DNA from: an uncultured virus (IMG/VR IMGVR_UViG_3300008266_011056)
Taxonomy: Duplodnaviria; Heunggongvirae; Uroviricota; Caudoviricetes
Length of the DNA: 20,000 nucleotides
Reading direction: 5' to 3' (one strand)
Virus record (IMG/VR): IMGVR_UViG_3300008266_011056
The notes under the pieces were generated by a model, which had not been told where the DNA came from, did not search any database, and saw nothing but the letters and a program-made list of their open reading frames with translations. Below are positions 1 through 6,691 of this stretch, piece after piece; position 1 is the first letter of the stretch; each line of letters begins with the position of its first letter. The position numbers were made by a program, and so were the translations under genes.

Positions 1-638
1 TCGCTAAGTGAATCCTTACCTAATACTCGTTCAATTCGGGAAGATAAATATGCAATATCGAATAGTTGAACGTTCCATCCAGTTATAATATCTGGATAAT
101 CCTTTTTAAGATGGTCAATAAACTTACGTAATAAATCGAATTCATCATTACATTGAATATATTCTGAATCTTCGGTTTTGCACAAGTAGGGTTTACAACC
201 AAAAGACAAAGATCTCTTGGTATTAAAATCTTGTACGGTAATCAGCAAGATCTCTTCTTGAGCAGTTCGAGGGTCAGGAAAGCCATACTCAGTAGATGTT
301 TCTATATCAATGGTCACAATTTTCATATGTGACGTATCAAACTTTATAATACCTGGAAAAAGTTTGCTAATGAATTGATATACGAAATTAGTATTTCCAT
401 AGATTGGAAAGTTACTAACTTCCTTATAATTCTTAATGAAATCTCTAGCTTCGTTGAGACTGTCGAATCTTATTCTTTCGAGATTCTCACCTGTAAGAGA
501 TTTATATTTTGTCTCTTTACCTGAACGAACGAAGAGTGAGGGCTTGAAAGGTATTTTTTCATTTATGCGTTTACCGTCGTGAACACCACGAAAGTAAACG
601 AAATTGCCGCGAGTAACAATATTGGTATAGTATAGCAT
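1..638 (-). CDS. gp43: T4-like family B DNA polymerase, N-terminal and 3'-5' exonuclease portion (runs off the left edge)
   Basis: Not in the ORF track because it is truncated. Manual translation from ATG at 638 gives MLYYTNIVTRGNFVYFRGVHDGKRINEKIPFKPSLFV...KIVTIDIETSTEYGFPDP...DYPDIITGWNVQLFDIAYL, with ExoI (DIET) and ExoII (GWN..FD) motifs. It lies downstream of regA, as in T4-like phages. Confidence 0.96.
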   Translation of the reverse strand, partial: MLYYTNIVTRGNFVYFRGVHDGKRINEKIPFKPSLFVRSGKETKYKSLTGENLERIRFDSLNEARDFIKNYKEVSNFPIYGNTNFVYQFISKLFPGIIKFDTSHMKIVTIDIETSTEYGFPDPRTAQEEILLITVQDFNTKRSLSFGCKPYLCKTEDSEYIQCNDEFDLLRKFIDHLKKDYPDIITGWNVQLFDIAYLSSRIERVLGKDSLS

Positions 639-645
639 ATTTTAG

Positions 646-674
646 ATTATATAGGATATTTATGTACTAAACAA
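646..674 (-). promoter_or_regulatory. Sigma70-like promoter for gp43, overlapping a late-promoter-like CATAAATA (664-657)
   Basis: Minus strand reads TTGTTT (674-669), a 17 nt spacer, then TATAAT (651-646). The ATG follows 7 nt later. Confidence 0.6.
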
Positions 675-687
675 TAGAGAAGGGTAA

Positions 688-1482
688 ATGGATCCGCTAA
701 CACTTTTTGCCTTAGCAAATGGTGCGGTGCAAGCAGTAAAAAAAGGATGTGAATTATATAAAGAACTCTCCGGGGTAGCCGGGGATGTAAAAGGGGTACT
801 AGACGATTTAGAGTCACAGTTTAACTCTCGTCATAAAGATAAACCCCCTACTATAGCTGAGAAGAACCAATACGTAGAAGAAAAAAATCGAATAATAGAA
901 TTAAGTAAAAAACAACCTAACGACATTTACACTACCATTGGAGAAGAGTTAGGTGTTTACTTTGAAAATTATGCTAAGTGCACCGCTATATTTGAAGAAG
1001 AAGAAAAACATGCTCAAGAAGTTTATACAGGAGAAACAAGTCTAGGAAAAAGAGCTTTACAACGTGTTTTAATGCAAAGTAGGCTTACGGCTATGCAAGC
1101 AGAGTTACGTGAGCTTATGGTTTACAACTGCCCTACAGAATTAGGTGATCTATACACCCGTGTAGAGAAAATGATGGAGAAGATGAAAAAGGAACAGGCA
1201 GTTGCATGGACTAAAAAAAGAGCTGCAGATAAAATTGCTGCAGCGAAAAGAAAGAAAAGATTAGAGCATATAAAATGTAACGCGTACAAATACGGCATAG
1301 CTTTCGTTCTTACAATGTACTTAAGCTGGCTTGTGTGGGCAGTAGTTCAGGTTAGAATTGAAAATAATCCTGAACTAGGTATTTGTCTACTCCCAAAAGG
1401 AACTTGGCCATACCAGCACTACAACAACTTAAAGTGGGTCGACTGCGAACCCGAATACTTAATTTTAAAGGAACGAAAATGA
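688..1482 (+). CDS. Hypothetical membrane-anchored helical/coiled-coil protein
   Basis: 264 aa ORF with a purine-rich RBS (GAGAAGGG). It has a long charged helical region, a basic patch KRKKR, one hydrophobic segment (YGIAFVLTMYLSWLVWAVVQV) and a short C-terminal tail with two Cys. Confidence 0.8.
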   Translation: MDPLTLFALANGAVQAVKKGCELYKELSGVAGDVKGVLDDLESQFNSRHKDKPPTIAEKNQYVEEKNRIIELSKKQPNDIYTTIGEELGVYFENYAKCTAIFEEEEKHAQEVYTGETSLGKRALQRVLMQSRLTAMQAELRELMVYNCPTELGDLYTRVEKMMEKMKKEQAVAWTKKRAADKIAAAKRKKRLEHIKCNAYKYGIAFVLTMYLSWLVWAVVQVRIENNPELGICLLPKGTWPYQHYNNLKWVDCEPEYLILKERK

Positions 1483-1937
1483 ATATCTTGCTCTTTGCTA
1501 TATTGTTCTTAATGTCAATATTAAATGCCGGCGCTGAACCATTAAGACTAAAGGTTACACCAGTAGGTAACGAACAATTTATATCATATGATGAAAATGA
1601 TTGGTACTTTGTAGCTAAAGAATCTAACTATAACGTTTATCTTGCAAAAGGTGAAGTAGAAAATAAAAACGGATACTTTATGATACAATCACTTACATCT
1701 TATGATGGTCATGAAATCTATAGCTATATGGAAAAACCTGTAAAGAGAGTTTATACTTACGGTGCGTTAGATTGTGCAAATAAACAACTCTACTTACTAG
1801 GTAGTTTATATTCTGCAGAAGATGATACAGTACAATATCTACAGTACCATGAAATGGGTACTTGGATAGCCGATCTTGCAGCAGAAGGTACTGCTAGAAA
1901 CGAGGTTTACAAAGCAATTTGTAATACATCTATATAA
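1479..1937 (+). CDS. Secreted/periplasmic protein, possibly surface-adhesin E-like fold
   Basis: Start reassigned to ATG 1479 (AAGGAA RBS, ATGA overlap with the upstream stop). It has a signal peptide MNILLFAILFLMSILNAGA and a W...VY...DC...W....C-terminal C pattern reminiscent of the adhesin E family. The fold is inferred. Confidence 0.7.
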   Translation: MNILLFAILFLMSILNAGAEPLRLKVTPVGNEQFISYDENDWYFVAKESNYNVYLAKGEVENKNGYFMIQSLTSYDGHEIYSYMEKPVKRVYTYGALDCANKQLYLLGSLYSAEDDTVQYLQYHEMGTWIADLAAEGTARNEVYKAICNTSI

Positions 1938-2367
1938 TGGTTGCGAGGATAGGATTCGAACCTATGACCTCTGGATTATGAGTCCAGCGCGCTACCTCTG
2001 CGCCACCCCGCGACTGACTATCACCCGGTTCGACTCTGTAGTTATCTTCTACAGAGTCGGGTGTAGATACTTCTAAAACAATCCCCTCTTCTATACAATA
2101 AAGTTGATGAGGAGTCAAAGGGGGATTATGTACTATATCCCCCTCCACTGCTTCTTTTGAATACCGGTCGGCTGTATCTGTATCGATCCAGGTAACTATA
2201 AACTTACCTTTAAGAATGTACCAGGTTTCTTCTTTTTGAGCATGAAAATGCATTGAGAATTTAGCACCTGTTTTAAAGTGCATAAATTTACTACAGTATT
2301 TATCGGAGGTAACCCATATATCTTCGTACCCCCAACCTTTTTCAACTTTACCGCTTAATCGCGCCAT
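1930..2367 (-). CDS. Cupin-fold sugar isomerase-like protein (mannose-6-phosphate isomerase/D-lyxose isomerase-like); the last ~28 codons run through tRNA-Met
   Basis: VEKGWGYEDIW, cupin motif 1 SMHFHAQKEETWYI, motif 2 NPPLTPHQL, and LEVSTPDSVEDNYRV.PGDSQ. Confidence 0.85.
   Translation of the reverse strand: MARLSGKVEKGWGYEDIWVTSDKYCSKFMHFKTGAKFSMHFHAQKEETWYILKGKFIVTWIDTDTADRYSKEAVEGDIVHNPPLTPHQLYCIEEGIVLEVSTPDSVEDNYRVEPGDSQSRGGAEVARWTHNPEVIGSNPILATII
1938..2012 (-). tRNA. tRNA-Met (CAT), initiator-like acceptor stem
   Basis: CGCGGGG TG GCGC AGAGGTA GCGC G CTGGA CT CAT AA TCCAG AGGTC ATAGG TTCGAAT CCTAT CCTCGCA A CCA: full cloverleaf, encoded CCA, C1:A72 mismatch. Confidence 0.93.
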
Positions 2368-3080
2368 GGAAACTTACCCTTATACTTTTCTTCCATCTTA
2401 GCATTACCCTGTAGGAAGAACTCTGGCTGTACCGAACCTTGATTACCACCACAACGATAATTCAAAGTGTATTTACTAGTACAACCGAAGTTTTTATGCT
2501 TAAAGTGATCTTTAAGGATAGTAAAGAAGCGCCTATCAGCACCCCAACCATGATGCCACAGATAACCTACCTGGTTAAAGAACTCTGTCTTATAACAGTA
2601 AGAGCTAGTATCAACTAAAAACGCATCATCATTTACCCATACAGGCCATCTACCTAAAGATTCACAATTATCATCACAAACATAATTACCATGCTCATCA
2701 TGAATACGTCTTAGTGAATAAACATAATCAAAATTAAAACGTTTCAATTCATCTAAACAAATTTCAACGTGATCTGGTTGATACCAGTTATCTTGATCTA
2801 AAAAAAGCATATAATCATGGTTAACTAGATGACTGAAGCCAGCCATAACTCTATGACCATAAAAACCATCACCACCGGTATTGTAAGGTAAATAACATAC
2901 ATCAATACGGTCATCATTAAACTCAGAAACAATAGTTTCTACTTCATGTTTAAATTTTTTACCGTCACATACAAGTAAAAGGTCTACATCTACCGTTTGA
3001 TGCAGTACCGATTTAATTGCATTACTTACAATTTCATTCCCTGTCGTAGGGATAATAACAAGAGCTTTATCTAGTCCCAT
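2355..3080 (-). CDS. Glycosyltransferase family 2 (GT-A fold)
   Basis: N-terminal VIIPT...AIKSVLHQT...LLVCDG and the DxD-type motif MLFLDQDNW. Confidence 0.85.
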   Translation of the reverse strand: MGLDKALVIIPTTGNEIVSNAIKSVLHQTVDVDLLLVCDGKKFKHEVETIVSEFNDDRIDVCYLPYNTGGDGFYGHRVMAGFSHLVNHDYMLFLDQDNWYQPDHVEICLDELKRFNFDYVYSLRRIHDEHGNYVCDDNCESLGRWPVWVNDDAFLVDTSSYCYKTEFFNQVGYLWHHGWGADRRFFTILKDHFKHKNFGCTSKYTLNYRCGGNQGSVQPEFFLQGNAKMEEKYKGKFPWRD

Positions 3081-3739
3081 AATCCTTGATAATACTTTCC
3101 AAATAGTCTTAAACCGTTAGAGATACGATCTTGCATCTCTTGACGGGCTTTCCAATCACAGGTGCGATTACCTAAAATTTCCATACTCTTTAAATTAGGA
3201 TCTTCTGTATCTATAAACTTTATTTCACCCAATTCACCAGACCAAAATTGCTCATCCCAGTCTTCGTTTAATACACATTCAAAGGCAAAAATCATCTCGT
3301 TAAGAACCCAATCCCAACGACGATGAGTTATATCCCAAGAATCTTTCTCATATTTTTCATGATCCTCAAATTTCAATTCTAATTGAGATGACCAATCTTC
3401 GTGGCCAACTATGCGAAGTTCTTTAGGAACATCCTCTAAATCAACTTGTGGTGAACCATGCTTAGTATCCCTAAGCTGAATAAGCATTGGTAAAATAATT
3501 AAAGCAAGCGTATGATCCATTGACCAGGTATCATACTTATCAATCTTTATTTTAATCTTACGTTTTTTCTTACTTTCTACCCAATGGCAGAAACGAGTAA
3601 GCCCTGGAATATTTTTATCTAACCAGGTGCCAAAGTCGTGAACACGGTCGTCATTAAATCTGTCCATCCAGAAAAGAAGCTTCTCAGCTATCTGATATGG
3701 TCCAATCCAATTACGATACGGGCCTATCGTTACTTTCAT
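3071..3739 (-). CDS. Phage hypothetical protein (Trp-rich)
   Basis: 222 aa ORF coupled to both neighbours, with motifs DTWSMDHTLA.II.PML.QL, RWDWVLNEMIFAF and GLRLFGKYY..LWD. Function not recognised. Confidence 0.8.
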   Translation of the reverse strand: MKVTIGPYRNWIGPYQIAEKLLFWMDRFNDDRVHDFGTWLDKNIPGLTRFCHWVESKKKRKIKIKIDKYDTWSMDHTLALIILPMLIQLRDTKHGSPQVDLEDVPKELRIVGHEDWSSQLELKFEDHEKYEKDSWDITHRRWDWVLNEMIFAFECVLNEDWDEQFWSGELGEIKFIDTEDPNLKSMEILGNRTCDWKARQEMQDRISNGLRLFGKYYQGLWD

Positions 3740-3911
3740 CTCGTTCCTTTTTAGTAGCGTTTCTAACTATTAAATTACCGTTTTCCATATCGAAGTTAAT
3801 AGTATCACCTTCACGCCAATCGTTTTCTTCTAAAAATTCAGGACTGAATTCTAGAATCCAGTCCCCAGAGCCATCTTCAGCTTCTATAAGTTTACCTGGT
3901 GGGTTTTTCAT
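3711..3911 (-). CDS. AbrB/MazE/SpoVT-like small DNA-binding domain protein
   Basis: GDWILEFSPEFLEENDWREGDTINFDMENGNLIV matches the swapped-hairpin pattern (i.lP.e......w.eGD.l.......l.l). Confidence 0.6.
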   Translation of the reverse strand: MKNPPGKLIEAEDGSGDWILEFSPEFLEENDWREGDTINFDMENGNLIVRNATKKERDESNDRPVS

Positions 3912-4105
3912 TAGTAACCTAGCTTCTTTGAATCAAATACTAATTCTTTATCAGGAGTTGTTTCTTTAATAACATCCAACATCATTTCGACTATGTAGAG
4001 CTCGTCCTCTTTACCTTTCTTCCTAAGGTAATACATACAATCATTAAGATAAGAAATAATCTCACGTCGATAAGAGTTACGAATATTAGCTCTTGCTTCT
4101 TTCAT
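3911..4105 (-). CDS. Hypothetical protein
   Basis: 64 aa, GAGG RBS upstream, TAATG overlap with the downstream gene. Confidence 0.7.
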   Translation of the reverse strand: MKEARANIRNSYRREIISYLNDCMYYLRKKGKEDELYIVEMMLDVIKETTPDKELVFDSKKLGY

Positions 4106-4114
4106 AAAATAACC

Positions 4115-4636
4115 TCAATCAAAATTATACAATGTAGGTCTATTATTATCTACTGCTTTAATTAAATTATCCACCGTTACTTTAAAGTCACCTGTATGTA
4201 AGATACCGATACCACCGGCGCTAAACCATTCTTCTATGTTAGACCGTTTATCATCTATCAGTATATCACCTGGTTTAGCCCATTTCTGCTTGTCTCTAGA
4301 ATAAGGACCGTAATTAACTTTAAAACCTGGAAAGTACTTATCTAACCACATCTTCTTATCTAGTGCAGCGGAAGGCATGGTAGTTGCTCGAGGTACAGCT
4401 GTAAGAAACTCTACTTTAAACCTTGTTGAGAAACTTTTAGCTGCCGCAACGAGCATAGTTGATTCTTCAATTAAAGGTAACTTAAAGTAAAAATTTTCTA
4501 CAGAAGTAAGTGTATCCCATTCTTCGGAAGAAAGATCTTTTTCATTCCAGCCGATCTCACGACCTAAAAGGTCAGAAGCGAACTTATTGAAGTCCGCTAC
4601 CACTCCATCCATATCTAAGTAGATGGTGCGTATCAT
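4115..4636 (-). CDS. HAD-superfamily 5'(3')-deoxyribonucleotidase (NT5C-like)
   Basis: Motif I IYLDMDGVVADF, motif II FLTA, KKMWLDKYFP and motif IV ILIDDK. Confidence 0.88.
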   Translation of the reverse strand: MIRTIYLDMDGVVADFNKFASDLLGREIGWNEKDLSSEEWDTLTSVENFYFKLPLIEESTMLVAAAKSFSTRFKVEFLTAVPRATTMPSAALDKKMWLDKYFPGFKVNYGPYSRDKQKWAKPGDILIDDKRSNIEEWFSAGGIGILHTGDFKVTVDNLIKAVDNNRPTLYNFD

Positions 4637-4824
4637 CTTTCACTCCATTTAGTTTCATTCAAAGGTTGAGGAACAACTACACATACAACATCAACTACAG
4701 TTTCTATTCTATCCCAGAATACATGATTAGTAGGAACATAGTAACAAACTTGTTGTGGGGTTGTAGTAGCTACTGCGGCCGAAACAGCAGTAGCAGCTAC
4801 GGTTTTAGAGAGCACTAATGGCAT
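4633..4824 (-). CDS. Small hypothetical protein
   Basis: 63 aa with an Ala/Thr/Val-rich N-terminus and two Cys. ATGA overlap with the HAD gene; RBS is weak. Confidence 0.55.
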   Translation of the reverse strand: MPLVLSKTVAATAVSAAVATTTPQQVCYYVPTNHVFWDRIETVVDVVCVVVPQPLNETKWSER

Positions 4825-4840
4825 AATATAGAAAAAGAGT

Positions 4841-5140
4841 TTACTGCACGCAGACCATTACTTCGTTACGAACCATACCTGTTAAAGGGTCACGAACGGG
4901 TACCAGACAGTTATAAGTCTGCTGAAAATAGTTCTGTATGGGAGTATGGTACACCGTCCTAGGAGGAAGTGTAGCAAGGCCACCAGGACCGTAGACCTGA
5001 GGTGGATAGGCGTAAGGTTGTTGTGATTTAGTAATCACAGAACCAAGAACTACACCACCCACCAAAGGTAAAATCCAGTCACTGGCTACAGCATTTCCTG
5101 TAACACCAGCAAACAATAACGTAACAATTAACTTTTTCAT
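4841..5140 (-). CDS. Small secreted/membrane hypothetical protein
   Basis: AAGGAG RBS, signal peptide MKKLIVTLLFAGVTGNAVA, Gly-zipper-like LVGGVVLGSVI, a Pro/Tyr-rich linker and two C-terminal Cys. Confidence 0.8.
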   Translation of the reverse strand: MKKLIVTLLFAGVTGNAVASDWILPLVGGVVLGSVITKSQQPYAYPPQVYGPGGLATLPPRTVYHTPIQNYFQQTYNCLVPVRDPLTGMVRNEVMVCVQ

Positions 5141-5164
5141 AACATCTCCTTAGTTAGTAAAGAT

Positions 5165-5193
5165 ATTATAGATGCAAGCATACCAAAAATCAA
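5165..5193 (-). promoter_or_regulatory. Sigma70-like (early-type) promoter
   Basis: TTGATT (5193-5188), 17 nt spacer, TATAAT (5170-5165), upstream of the RBS of the 4841-5140 gene. Confidence 0.75.
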
Positions 5194-5381
5194 TCGTTAC
5201 TTTTTATTAACTTTTTGATAACTTTTAATGCTTCTTTACGCATTAAAAACGAGCGTGTATCTGATGGTTTATGGACCTTAATATATTCCACACCATCAAT
5301 AAAAGTAACTGTATTGTAATCTTCACAAATCCACTCTTCTGTATTAAGCGGATTTTGCAATCTTACTTTTAGCTTTTTCAT
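5190..5381 (-). CDS. Phage hypothetical protein
   Basis: 63 aa, ATGA-coupled to the upstream gene, with IDGVEYIKV...FLMRKEAL. Confidence 0.75.
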   Translation of the reverse strand: MKKLKVRLQNPLNTEEWICEDYNTVTFIDGVEYIKVHKPSDTRSFLMRKEALKVIKKLIKSND

Positions 5382-5689
5382 GGAGTAACAATACCACCCT
5401 TTTTAACTACTTTAAGACCAGAACCAAAGTTTTCATTATACTGATCATAAAGGTCATCTACAGGATCTTCCACCCACATTACAAAAGTTTTCTTAAGTAT
5501 AACTGAATGAGTTTTAGAGATTGTACCGAATGGAAAGAGAGCTACCTGAAACTTACTGCTGTCAGAATCGGGAGGCATGGGGATAACATTGACACGGACA
5601 GGTGTTTTGAGCTTGTAGTTATCACTATCTACATCTTCAATGTCAGTAATAAGTTCTTCACCTGTTGTTAGTTTGATATACTTTATCAT
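5378..5689 (-). CDS. Phage hypothetical protein, possibly Sm-like fold
   Basis: MIKYIKLTTGEELI...LKTPV...ALFPF...P.DDLYDQY...FGSGL resembles the small protein family often found between hsp20 and gp43 in T4-like phages (from recall, unverified). Confidence 0.75.
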   Translation of the reverse strand: MIKYIKLTTGEELITDIEDVDSDNYKLKTPVRVNVIPMPPDSDSSKFQVALFPFGTISKTHSVILKKTFVMWVEDPVDDLYDQYNENFGSGLKVVKKGGIVTP

Positions 5690-5858
5690 TTAAAAACCTT
5701 TCAATATAGTCATGAGCTACTTCTTCATCATAAAACATTTTTATGTGAGTACTAATTATACGCTCATTATGAAAAAAAACCAATATCTGATCATCAAAGG
5801 AACTGGCTTTGATTAGCCAGTCCCCCAACATTACGGTCTGTAATGTTGCCAGATACAT
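5658..5858 (-). CDS. Hypothetical protein
   Basis: 66 aa, with the ATG immediately after the hsp20 stop and an overlap with the next gene. Confidence 0.65.
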   Translation of the reverse strand: MYLATLQTVMLGDWLIKASSFDDQILVFFHNERIISTHIKMFYDEEVAHDYIERFLNDKVYQTNNR

Positions 5859-6368
5859 TTACTGAGAAAGTTCCTCAGTTAAAAGCTGCTTCTCACTTTT
5901 AGTGGTAATAATATCTTCTTCGCTCTTAACTTCGATCTTACGAGGCTTCTTATGCTCAGGAATGATTCTCTCCAAAGCAATTTTAAGCATACCGTTAAGT
6001 AGTGCTGCATCTTTGAGCTCAATTTGGTCATCAATAGCAAACACTCTAGTAAATGCACGGTTGGCAATACCCTTCCATAAGAAGTTGTCACCATCATCCT
6101 TAGCATTACCCTTGACAATAATTTTATTATCCTCTAGAGTAATTTCAATATCTGATTTAGCAAAACCAGCAACGGCTAGCTCAATCACATATTTGTTTTC
6201 ATCTGCCTTACGAATATTGTAAGGCGGATAGTTAGGGATGTTTTTGGCAATCTCGTCATGCATTTTAGCCATGCGATTAAAATGATCATCGAAACCAACA
6301 AAGAACTTATCAAAGTCCTTAGTTAATGAGCCAAAATCTTTAGGTGTAGTTTGTAACAACCAGTTCAT
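5859..6368 (-). CDS. hsp20: Small heat shock protein Hsp20 (IbpA-like)
   Basis: FVGFD, NYPPYNI, YVIELAVAGFAKSDIEI, FLWKGIANRAFTRVF and A.LLNGMLKIALER.IPE.KKPRKIEV (alpha-crystallin domain plus IxI/V motif). AAGGAGG RBS. Confidence 0.96.
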   Translation of the reverse strand: MNWLLQTTPKDFGSLTKDFDKFFVGFDDHFNRMAKMHDEIAKNIPNYPPYNIRKADENKYVIELAVAGFAKSDIEITLEDNKIIVKGNAKDDGDNFLWKGIANRAFTRVFAIDDQIELKDAALLNGMLKIALERIIPEHKKPRKIEVKSEEDIITTKSEKQLLTEELSQ

Positions 6369-6586
6369 TATTTTGCCTCCTTATTAAAAGTTTTTTCAAC
6401 TACTGCTTTTGCTGCAGCACCAGTTACATCATACCAAGTTTTTGTAACTTGTTTTGTAAAAGATGTTTGAGCATCAACAAATTGTTGAAGAGGCTTGCGA
6501 ACTGTTTCTTCTTTGATGAAGGTGTTTAGCCAAGCAGACTTGCTTGACTGAATGGCATCGATAGCCATGTCAGCGTAATACAACAT
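6368..6586 (-). CDS. Small amphipathic helical protein (phasin-like by inference), 72 aa
   Basis: Start reassigned to ATG 6586 behind AAGGAG (6598-6593): MLYYADMAIDAIQSSKSAWLNTF...FVDAQTSFTKQV... TAATG overlap with hsp20. Confidence 0.75.
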   Translation of the reverse strand: MLYYADMAIDAIQSSKSAWLNTFIKEETVRKPLQQFVDAQTSFTKQVTKTWYDVTGAAAKAVVEKTFNKEAK

Positions 6587-6691
6587 AGTTTTCTCCTTGT
6601 TAAGCGAGTTGTAGTCAGTAAAACCTATCCAATTGGCATAGGTCGGACAGTTTTGATCTCCTTGTCCAGGGAGGTTCCCCATCCCGAGGAA
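6579..6691 (-). promoter_or_regulatory. Structured 5' leader: 5' hairpin, H-type pseudoknot, second hairpin and ROSE-like SD-sequestering hairpin
   Basis: TTCCTC-GGGAT-GGGGAA (6691-6675); CTCC/GGAG crossed with GGACA/TGTCC (6673-6645); ACCTAT(G)CC-AATT-GGATAGGT (6643-6623); CTC(G)CTT-AAC-AAGGAG (6608-6593). The segment is visibly GC-richer than other intergenic DNA. Confidence 0.7.

Noticed and set aside
1383..1478. Upstream start for the secreted protein
   Set aside because: ATG 1479 has an SD, an ATGA overlap and puts the signal peptide at the N-terminus.
1876..2076. Plus-strand 66 aa ORF
   Set aside because: It is antisense to tRNA-Met and the cupin gene and overlaps the 1479-1937 gene out of frame, so it is a tRNA shadow ORF.
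4763..4800. Inverted repeat GCTACTGC-N10-GCAGTAGC with a GTAG/CTAC extension
   Set aside because: It lies in an Ala/Thr/Val-rich coding stretch whose GCT/ACT/GTA codons generate such symmetry, and there is no U-tract.
6587..6682. 32-codon N-terminal extension of the 6368 ORF
   Set aside because: It covers the structured leader. The strong SD sits in front of ATG 6586, and ATG 6682 lies within a hairpin with no SD.
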